Of a DNA stretch of 64,000 bases, positions 44,801 to 55,197 are shown in pieces. The stretch is from Paraspadella gotoi (lineage: Eukaryota; Animalia; Chaetognatha). Numbering within the stretch: position 1 is the first letter of the stretch; each line of letters starts with the position of its first letter. The stretch spans positions 2,894,026 to 2,958,025 of the forward strand of contig CM119269.1 in the NCBI GenBank assembly GCA_051294375.1, read 5' to 3'. A program made the translations under genes and the position numbers. The notes beneath the pieces were generated by a model, which was not told the origin of the DNA, did not search any database, and worked only from the letters and a program-made list of their open reading frames with translations.

Positions 44801-47800
44801 AATATCGAAAAAAGAATTATACTTTGTGTAGACAACTTTTTGCAAGCTACCTGAATCTGATCTTAAAAATAAAAAAATCCAAAAAAATTTTTTAGCCTTT
44901 CCTATTTATAAATAAATATTAAAAAATTAATATATAGAGTATGGAGTAATATAAAAAAAATTTGTCTATTCAGATTTTTTAAAAAATGTCTAAATTTTCG
45001 TTTGAGCAGGTGCTTAATTCAATTTCTTAACCACCTTACAGAGTTAGTCTCCCCCTATTACTAGCGTTAAGATTTATTCGCCTTTTTCGCTATTCCTTTT
45101 TGGTTTTAAGTCTTTTTTTTTTTGCATTGCAGTATCTGCGATCTCATCTCGGCTAAGAACATTCCATCGGCCATCATTCTTTTCAAAAACGCCTGTCTGG
45201 AATTCCCAGAACATCCAGTTCTCCACCCGACTCCGAGCACTAATTTTGATGAAACGAATTCCGAGGATAGCGATGACGAGGATAATGAGAAAGGTCCCTA
45301 CAATGGCAACATTTTTGTTTTCTAAAAAGATGAGAGAAAAACAACAAATTTACAAATAAATATTTGAGGCATAGGCTTTTGAAGGTGGCAACAATTATTA
45401 AAAAAACTTATAAATTTATAAGAAAATAAGCGCTTTCTCCTATTTGGCAGAAATGACGCCGCTCTCGTTAAACGATAAGATTGTCCGCGGATTGAAAGCC
45501 CTTTACATCGCCAGCCGCCAGGGCACGGAAGAAGTGCGGCGTCTGGCGGACACGGCCGCCGCCGAAGAGATGCACATGTCGGAGGAAGACATCGCCGTCA
45601 AGAAGCAGGAAATTCTCGTGCTCTACCTTAAAGATTCGCTCAAATTTTCTCATCTCATTGAGGTGCGGCCAGAAACTTGTCTTTTTATAAATTTATTTGT
45701 TCCTTCAATTTTTCATTACTTCTATTTTTCGTTCATTCGCCGAAATTTGCTGTGATTGATCTTCCATTAATATTGTGATTTAGTGTTTTATTACGATCCG
45801 GTTATTAGAAATTTTCCTTTCTTCCCTGAACAATTTATTTTGTTATATTGGCTTTTAAATAGTTTTTAATGTTTTTTTTTCCTTTCACACATCCTTTCCT
45901 CCTCCTGCAGTTCCTCATCCTTGCTTCCGCCGCATTGCCCAGAACTCCAAATTCTTTTTTTTCCTATTAAATCCTTTTGATTTAAACGCAACAACCTTTT
46001 CCCATATGGAATTTTCTTTCACATATTGTCCACCGAAAGACAAACGGAAAAGTAAGTTTTTTCTTCTTCTTTTGAATCAGAAATGCATTCCTTCCGTTTG
46101 CTCGTTACTGGCGTCGACGTCGGCGTCTGACGTAACCCACGCCGTTTCCTTCTTCGTTTCCGCCCACAACTTTGGCATTCGACAAGCCATCATCGGTATT
46201 CGTAAGATGCTTTCGCTCATCTGGTCCTCGGATTCTGTCGTCAAGGAAGCAGTCACAGGAGCCTACAGGGTGAGTCAAAGAAATCATGGATGTGTTGCAG
46301 ATCAAAAATCGAAAATTTGATCAAGAACTGTCTTTTACTAAAGAACATTGATGTATAAGTAAATCAAAAATTATTTTGTTAAGTTAGCTAAAAATGAACA
46401 ACTATATTTTTTTTCTATTAAAATTAAATTATAAGTTTATTATAAGTTTTTTGACCCACTTTTCGTGAGAACATTTTTTATGGTGAGAATATGTATAAAT
46501 ATGGGCTACTTCTAAAATTGAAAAATTTTTGTTTTAATTAGTTTGGGGAAAGACTAACTTGTTTTAATATTATCTTTTTTAATCCAGGATCTCTATCTTT
46601 CGTCTCCTGGCAATCCTCGACAAAGGGCCGTCGCCATCAGCAAAAATCTGATCCTCCTAGCAAACGGAGCCACGCGCAAAGAGAGTATGTGCTTGGAACG
46701 ACTCGTCCGTGAGTGGATTAAATCGGGCGAGATCGACGACCACGTCATCAAGGTTTTGTGGGAACGATTCACCAACAAGCTGCCCGAATCCGCGCCCGAC
46801 GACGTCAAGTGGTCCATACAGCTGTTGACCATGGCCGGTGCTGAAAATGTAGAAATCGTTAAGGCCAACGTGGACGTGCTGCTGCAGGTCGGTCTCGATC
46901 CTGACCAAGAGGACCTGGAAGTGGCGCTGGCGACTTGCGAGGCTTTGGCCAAGTTGCCGACGAAAACGACCGACGCTGGAGAAAGCAAAGTGAAAGGTTC
47001 CGCTAGCGATGTTCCTTCGCGTTACCCCAACGACGACCGGATATTCGTCGCCATCGTCGATCTCCTCGTCCGCCACTTTCCAAACAAGGCAACGCCCCAC
47101 TGGGTCCCTCTGATGGAAGCGGCAACGCGGACCATCTACGCGCTGGCCGAGAATCCTGACCTCATTTGCGGCGACCTCTTGCGGAAAGTGGCGAAAATGG
47201 TGAAAGATTCGGTCAGCCATGAGTCGTCGCAGATGGTGGCGTCGACTCCCAAGAAGGGAGGAGGGGATTGCGACGGGTTCGTTTGATTTATAATCTTAAT
47301 CAAATCTTCCTTCAATTAAATTTCAGTAAAACCAGTTAAATTTTTTTTTTGTAGCGACTTGAACTCCTCAATGATGTCGACAGTTTCTGCGATTAATTCC
47401 CATGGCATCCCCGCAAAAGCCAATGTGTCATTAACGCTTTTGAAACGCCTCGTCGCTCTAGCGGGCCATGCAGCATTCAGACAGCTGGATCACCTCGACA
47501 GGTTAGGCCGTCTGTTTATTTGAAAGTTTGAACTTTTCTTCGCTCAAACTCAAAAGTTCGCTCCCTTTTTTCGCAGAAATGTGGCTAAGGAATTAAAGCG
47601 GATTCGAGGTTTGATGGAGGATAAGGAAAACGTCTCGCACAAACAAAAGAAGAAAAAGAAGAAAACGGATGAAGAAACGGCCGAGGAGGAGTTGGGACTC
47701 CAGGGTGCCTCCGCCGATGATCAGGTTTCTTTCGCTCAATTGCATTACATTCTAACTATCGTCTTTCCCTTTTATTTTCCGTGTTTATTTTCTACAAACC

Positions 47801-50254
47801 GAAATATTCATGTCAAACATTTACATTCAGGAAGCGGAGTTTATCGCTCGGCTCAGCGAGAGAGAGATCGTCTCTCCGCCCAACCTTCTTTCCGCCTTCT
47901 TTCGTTTCATCGTTTACGTTTGCCAGGTCGGGAAAGAGCAACGTTTTGCAAATATTTATCTAACGCCAGTTGGCGATTTTATTTAAATTTCGGCTTTTTT
48001 AAATTTCTTTTTTTTTTAAAGAATCCCAGCACCTTCGACGACGCGTCGCTTCAAACGACGGCTGTAACTTCACTCGCCAAATATATGATAGTCAGTCAAC
48101 ATCTTTGTCAAGAGCATTTGCAGCTGTTCTTCACAATCCTGGAGAGGTCTTCGTTTGAGGTTTAATAATGCAAATGAGATTTGATCGTTAAGACTTAAAA
48201 AGTTAAATACAAAAAAAGTATTTCGAAACGTTCGACATGTTTGCAGTTGGTACGGTCAAACGCTATCGTCGTCTTAACGGACATGGCTGCTCGGTATCCT
48301 AACTTAATCGAACCTTGGACGCCTCACCTCTACGCCCGTTTACGCGACACCTCTAAACTCGTTCGGCGAAACACCGTCGCAGTCCTCACTCATCTCATTC
48401 TTCACGACATGGTCAAGGTAATGAATCTGTTGTGGCGAATCCTAAATTCGCCTCCCGTATAGCTTGGTGAAACTCAGCTCGTCCCATTGGCTTGGACAGC
48501 TAAGTACTCGTTCACCAACCGTGAGTTCCGGGTTCAATCCCATCACGGTCACGCTGGTTAAAGTGTGATGGTGTCGGCATAAACACGCCAGTGACATGGG
48601 GTGGTCACTGCAGGTCCAAAGCCCTGAGCGCCAGCTGTCGGAAGATGCCTCACACCCCAGGCATCACACATGTCCCTCCGTTGCCATACTGTCTCTGTTT
48701 ACGGTCGATATTTCCATCTCGAATAAAAATTTCGTTTTTGACGTTTTTTCAGATAAAAGGACAAATATCAGAGATGGCTGTATGCCTCATCGACGATGAT
48801 AAGAACATCTTGGACTCCGCAACTTTCTTTTTCTCCGAATTGGCCAACAAAGGTAAGCAAATCAAAGCTTTGATGGTTGCCGCCACTTTCAATTTTTTCT
48901 ATCTTAAGGTAACGCCATCTACAATATTTTGCCTGACATTATAAGTCGTTTAAGCGACCCAGAAAAAGGCGTCGGCCCCGAGCCCTTCAGAGAGATTATG
49001 AAACTTATCATGAAATACATCTCCAAGGATCGACAAAAGGAGCAACTCGTGGAAAAACTTTGCCAGAGATTCAGGTCTTGATGGAGCTCCGCAATTAGGA
49101 TTATTATCCTAAACCTATTGATACCTATTGATAGTTTTGAACCTTTATCCGCCCTCCCTGGATTTTAGTTTAACTTTGTTTTACTTGAAAGGTCCTCAAA
49201 AACGGATCAACAGTGGCGGGATTTGGCTTTTTGTATTTCGCAACTCAGCTTCACCGAAAAGATGATCCAAAAACTGCAGGAGAACTTCGCTTCTTTCGCC
49301 GACAAAATCAGCGATGAGGAAGTTTACGAGTCTTTTCAATCCGTCGTCAGGTGCGGATTTCTCTTTTCCGACGATGATAAACGTTTCTTCTCAATATTTT
49401 AGATTAACGATTCTCTCACTTTATTTTGACAGTAACTCCAAAAAGTTTGCCAAACCGTCGACTAAGTCGCTGTTGGAAGAGTTCGAGGCGGCCATCGATA
49501 AGGCGCATCGGAAGGGCTTGGGAGATGGCGATGAAGACGACGGCGAGAGTCAAGGAAACTGCGGAGGTGAGTTAATTTTTTTTGGTAGGAAAATGATGAT
49601 AGAATTTGTTTAATTTTTTTCCGTCATTTCTAATTCCGTGTCTTCAGCCAAATTGCAACAGGCGAAAAAATCTCAAAAACCCAAGAGCAAGGGAGGAACG
49701 AAAAAGAAAAAGATGGAATGGGAGAGCGACAGCGACGACGAGGACGACGACGACGACGACGAAAGCGAAGAAGACCGAGTCACGACTAAAAACGCAAAAC
49801 GTATGATCTTTTGGCAACTAAAAAAAAAATTGTCTTGAATTAAAACTAAACTTAATTTCCGCTATTCAGCTTCGAAACAGCAGCGGATTCCCTCTGTGCT
49901 CTGTTCCGTTGATGAGACTGAGGAACAACCTCGTAAAACAAATTCCAGGTAAAATGAAAAGGGACTCAGATTGCTTGTCAAGTATGAAATGATTTCTCCA
50001 AAATAAATCTATAATAAAAAAGAAAAGAAAATTCTAAACAAAACATCTACTGTAGTAATATTTCTAATGTTTTCTCTCTTTGCAGAAGGGGCGGGCGAGG
50101 GCGACCGCCTCCAACTCTCGAGTCGAGCGACGACGAGGACGAGCTTCCCTCTCGAACCAGCTCTGTTAAAAACTCCAAGTCCTCCGTAAAAGGCTCCGTC
50201 TGCGCGGCCAAGCCGAAAGGGGCGCCATTGCAGTCTCGGTCTCGGCGGCGGTGA
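41834..50254 (+). CDS. NCAPD2: Condensin I subunit CAP-D2/Cnd1 (multi-exon)
   Basis: FEIPINLKDL, NALKM, LHRLWDPPVVE, DKSILVRKHA, NNPF, GIRKMLSLIWS, EEELGL, RSNAIVVLTDMAARYPNLIEPWT, LTHLILHDMVK-IKGQISEMA, YNILPDIISRLSD. Confidence 0.97.
43216..43470 (+). mobile_element. Solo LTR of family 1 (tRNA-like head plus twister at 43339-43418) in an NCAPD2 intron
   Basis: High similarity to 32266-32465, ending TACTGTCTCTTCA. A 7-nt insertion disrupts P4. The 5' boundary is uncertain. Confidence 0.8.
44434..45046. mobile_element. Probable hAT-like MITE inside an NCAPD2 intron
   Basis: 8-bp direct repeat GTCTCCCC (44426-33, 45047-54), TA...TA ends with weak TIR, 613 bp AT-rich. Confidence 0.45.
48428..48716 (+). 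mobile_element. Solo-LTR-like element (family 2) with tRNA-like head and twister ribozyme, in an NCAPD2 intron
   Basis: Starts TGTTGTGG with hairpin ggcgaat/attcgcc, B-box GGTTCAATCCC, twister at 48553-48635. Homologous to 9526-9793; ends approximate. Confidence 0.65.
48553..48635 (+). ncRNA. Type-P5 twister ribozyme (family 2), best match to the canonical core
   Basis: gctggt..gtgt GA TGG tgtcggca TAA acac GC cagtgac/gtcactg cagg TCCAAAGC cctg..gccagc. P2 4 bp, P3 7 bp, P4 4 bp, T1 CCA/TGG, T2 GC/GC, cut at 48580/48581. Confidence 0.82.
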
Positions 50255-50502
50255 TCCACCGTGTCCAGTCTCCTTTTTCGCTCCCGTCCGTCCGCGTATC
50301 TTTCCAGTTCTTCTCTTTTTTTTCCCTTCTTCAGAATTTTTCTCCCGCCGAAACGATTTTTCGTTTTCCTTACATTCCCACCTCCTTTCCCGCTCTCATC
50401 CAATTGTTATGTTATTATTATACATAATTCATAGTTAATTTTATATTTACCGGCGAATTGATTTTAAATTGTAGCAGGAAAAAAAACCATAAGAAAGAAA
50501 AG

Positions 50503-53500
50503 ATGTGGATTAAAATTCGCATGATGACGGGTGGGAGAGAGTGTCGTTTGGACGGCTTGTCGAAATTGTCGACCATCGAGGAAGTTCGTCGGAAAATCGA
50601 GGCGACCATGGAAGCCAAGGAAGAGGGAGAACTGCAACCGGCCAATCAAAGGCTCTTCTTCAAGGGCAAAGTGCGTTGAAAACGGCGACTCGGGAATTTC
50701 TCTTGGGTTTTATTTGATACGTTTGATCGAATCATGTATATTGTATAAGTTCTTATTATCTTGATATCCATCTCTCCTAAGGAACTCGTCGATCAGCATT
50801 CCCTCTTCGACTACGACGTCGGACTCGACGCCTGCATTCAACTCATGTTGAGGAAACGGGTCGTCAAGGAGACAAACAACAACGACGACTCGAGCGCCGA
50901 CGCTAACAGCGAGGCTGACGGCGATGCGGGAGTCGCGACCAAAGCGGTCGCCGAGCCCAAGGTCGAGCCAGACGAAATTAATTCGGAAAAGGTCGAGACC
51001 GACACCGACGCGGCTTCATTCAAGGTTCGAGACGGAATTGAAGAAGTCAATGTAGGACATAAACTCTGTCTGCTCCAACTTAATTCTTAATTCTTTTTTT
51101 TTTAGTGTGGGGAGCTCGTGGACGTTCGCGACATCTTAACAGGCGCTTGGTTCGAGGCGGAAGTTGTCGAGATCAAAATTTCAACCCACGCCGAGCAACC
51201 GACTTCTTCTTTATCCTCCTCTTCTTCCAAGTCCCCCCCTTCTTACCCCAACGACGGGTTCGTCTACGTCGTAAAGTTTGAAGACTACGACACGACAGAG
51301 ACTCTTACATCGACGCGACTTCGACCCGTCGCCCGAACGAAGGTCGCCCACACCGATCTCGCTCTCGATCGTTACTATATGGTCAATTACAACACGGACG
51401 ATCCGTCACTACGGGGATTTTGGTGAGAAGGACAAGTATGGATTCTCTGTCGAATTTACGGCGAAGATTCAACTCTTTTCATTTTATTACAGGTACGATA
51501 TTTCTGTGACTGGCTTAAGTCGTCGCGGCTCGAAAGAGTTGCTGGGCGTCCTTTTCGCCGGCGCCGATTTAGTGCCCCTTGAAGTCAAAATCCCCGTCGA
51601 CGTCTACGGTATCTTTCGGTTGGAAGATCGCGACTCATCTGTGCGCATCTTCAAGGACGGTCGTTGCGGAAGTCCCACCCCTCCGCCGATTCGCCCCACG
51701 GGTCCAGAGTGCGACTCGTGTCGAGGCAACGCCAAGCGAAAGTGCAAGAAGTGTGGGTGAGTTGCCAAGAGGGCGACATAGTGAACAAGACCGCTCAAGG
51801 AGACTCTTCGCTAATTTTAATCGACGCCCTCGCCACAGGTGTTCGAAATGCGGCGGGAAAGATCGACCCGAAAAGACGATCATCTGTGACGAGTGCGAAG
51901 ACGGATTCCATCTCTGGTGCCTCTCGCCGCCTTTGGAGGAAATGCCCTCCGAGGATGAGTGGTTAGTTGGGTATCACGGTAGAGTGGAACATGGTCTGAA
52001 AGTCTTAAATTTAATTTCACCTATTTTTAATTACATCCACTGATGTTTCTTGACCATTATTAGATATTATTAAAATTTAATTTTAATTTGAAATATTTTT
52101 GTTTTTGTTTGTTTGTTACTTGTTTAATCTCTGTCATCTTCATCCAGATGCCTTCCCCTTATCTCGACAGGTTCTGCCCCAATTGCCGCAACGACGCCTC
52201 TGAGATCGTCCGTGCGGGCGAAGGTCTCAAGGCTTCAAAGAAAAAGTCGAGCATGCCCTCGGCCAAGGGGGAGTCAAAGCGCGACTGGGGAAAAGGCATG
52301 TCCACGCAGGGCGTGGAGAAAAAGTGCACCATCGTGGATCCGGATCACTTTGGCGCCATTCCCGGCGTCGAGGTCGGCACTTCCTGGCTCTATCGGCTGG
52401 ACGTCAGCTCTTCCGGCGTTCACCGTCCACCCGTCGCCGGAATCTCTGGCCGGGCGGCTCTTGGCGCCGTTTCGGTTGTTTTGTCAGGTAAGCGAGTCGA
52501 TTTGACGTAAGTTTTTGCTGCTCTTCTCACCTATACAATCATTTTCATCTGTTCAGGTGGTTACGAGGACGACGAAGACAACGGGGATGAATTCACTTAC
52601 ACTGGTGCTGGGGGACGAGATCTTTCCGGCAACAAGCGAACGGCGGCTCAATCGTGCGATCAAAAATTGGAAGCCACTAATATGGCTCTAGCGAGGAATT
52701 GCAACGCGCCGGTAATCTGCTTTAATTGAAAAAATATTGAAATATTATAAAAAGATTTGATTCTCGATCTCGCGATTTAGGTGAGCGTTAAGGGTGGCGA
52801 CGCTGGAGCCGATTGGCGGAAGGGAAAGCCACTTCGCGTTGTCCGTAATTTTCGTGGAAGCAAGCATTCAAAGTATGCGCCAGAAAGTGGAAACAGATAC
52901 GACGGCATATACAAAGTTGTTCAGGTTCTTTTTATTTAACATATACCAAAAAAAATTATATATCTGCCTGGCCAGGGCAGGTCGGGCCTGGTGCTAGTCA
53001 TCGGTATTTACTAGCATTCCCTACCCACAGTATTGGCCGGAGAAAGGAAAGGCTGGCTTCCTGGTTTGGCGATACAGAATGCGAAGGGACGACCCGAATC
53101 CTGCGCCGTGGACCAAAGCCGGGAAGAAACGCATCGTCGAATTAGGCATCGAGGAAATGATCGTGCCTCCGGGTAAGGAAAGGTTTGGATTGGGGGGGGA
53201 GTAGGTAAGAAATATAAGACTTATGAATGTACATATTCTCCTTTCCTTTTGACAAGGTTACGCGGAAAAGGAAAAGGAAAAAGAACGCGAGCGCGAAAGA
53301 GTGAAAGAAGAGAAGAAAGCGCGAAAATCCGGTGCCAACGATAACGAGAAGGAAAACGACAAGAGCCAAGGGAAAAAAGGCAAGAAGGGGAGAAAGCGGA
53401 AGATTTCTTCTTCCGAGGACGACGACGACGACGACGCCGATGAAGACAATAAATCCAAAAAGGCTCGACGAGAGACTGCCGCCTGCTCAGGCGTCGTCAC

Positions 53501-53849
53501 TTTCGAACCCCCGTCCGATGTCGCCGCCCGTATCGTCGCCGACTCTCGCAACGCCAAAACCTGGAGCGCGATCGACGCCGAGCGCGTCAAGGGTCGACCC
53601 AAGTTCGTGGAGTCGATGAAGACGGCTTTTACTTGCGTCTGTTGCCAAGACGTCGTCGTCAATCCGGTGACCACTTCCTGCGCCCACAACTCGTGCCTTC
53701 TCTGTCTCAAACGCAGTTTCGCCGCCGGCGTCGCCTCCTGTCCCGTGTGCCGGACTGAACTGAACGAGGAAATCGTGAAAGAGATCAACGATGATCTCAA
53801 GTTTATCCTCAACGCTCTTCTCCCGGGATACGAATTCTCTCGATCCTGA
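50503..53849 (+). CDS. UHRF1: E3 ligase UHRF1 (UBL-TTD-PHD-SRA-RING), multi-exon
   Basis: [87 protein letters not shown]-terminal RING. Confidence 0.98.
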
Positions 53850-55197
53850 TGAATCGCAAACATTTTTTGCGACTTCTTCAATCTTCAACTGTCAGCAAAC
53901 CAGTGGGATGTTACGAAGATGCTAATTCTTGTGTTATTTGTCGGGGTTAAATATTTTTTTTCGCATTGATAACTGGACTTTGTACTTCGTTGTCCAATTA
54001 ATACAGAATTGTACTTGTTATAAGCTCCCCCGTTATTGCCATATTGAGTCAATCAGGAATCTCATTTTAATACGGAGATTACTATACTTTTTGCTTGCTT
54101 TTAACACTTTCAAAAAATATCAGGATTGACATTGTTTATTGTTAAGTGTTAAGTTTATAGTTATTTTTTATATTTTTATAAATTCTTCTTTGAAAAATGC
54201 CTGTTTATTTACTAAAGTTTAACTTGAGTTAATGATGATCGTATATAACAATTACCATACGTATTCCCTATTAGCTTAGCCTAGTAGGACGGGAATAAAC
54301 GAAACTGTGTAAAAAATTTTTCTTTCATTTTAAACAATACAAATTACAAACTAGTCTCGAATTCATACCTCAACCATAAAGAAGATGCACATATAGGCGT
54401 GGAATTATTAAGAAAATTACAAAATATGCAACTCGCATACGGATATAAAAAAAATTAAAATTCATGATTTTGGTTCATAATCGAACTAATAAAAAAATCT
54501 AAAAACACCGGCTGCAATGGAGTGCGAGCTGTTTAACCTCAAACACATCAAGGTCGTCGGGATCTCAGCGAATAGTACAACTGTAAAAAATCAATTGTTG
54601 TCGGTAAAGAGCAACATGAACCATCTTATCGATTACAATAGAAAAAGTATTGTTAAAACGAACGTTGAGCAAATAAAGACTAATACAATGTAATTTATAA
54701 TACCTCCGCATCTGGTGCTTTCCTTGGTGGATTAAGCACAAATTTCATTTTTTGAAAACTCAATTGTTACCTAGAGACGAAAAAGAGATTTGTGCAACTA
54801 CTAAATTCGAATAAACAGGATTTTTTTGGGTTTGGGAGTGAAAATGCACGCGCAGAAAAATATAACGATTCAATGATTTCGAAATAGCCAACCTCCAAAA
54901 TTCGCAATAAATACTTAATGAAAAATGATATTCGAACGCTTACTAAGCGCGATACAACTAAAAGTAATGATTAGTTGAGTATTGGTGCCTAAATCTAAAT
55001 TCCTAGTGTAAATATGTGCTACGTTTCGTATCAATCGCACAGAGTTGGAGTGTGGCAGGAACCTGCCTGCCACACTAAAAAGAATATCTAAGCTAAACTT
55101 CTTACGGTCAGTTTTCCCCTTTTCACCACCACGCTAACTAATTCTCTCCACCACTCTTTCCCCCCCCTCTCGCCCGAACCATCTCCCCATTTCTGCT

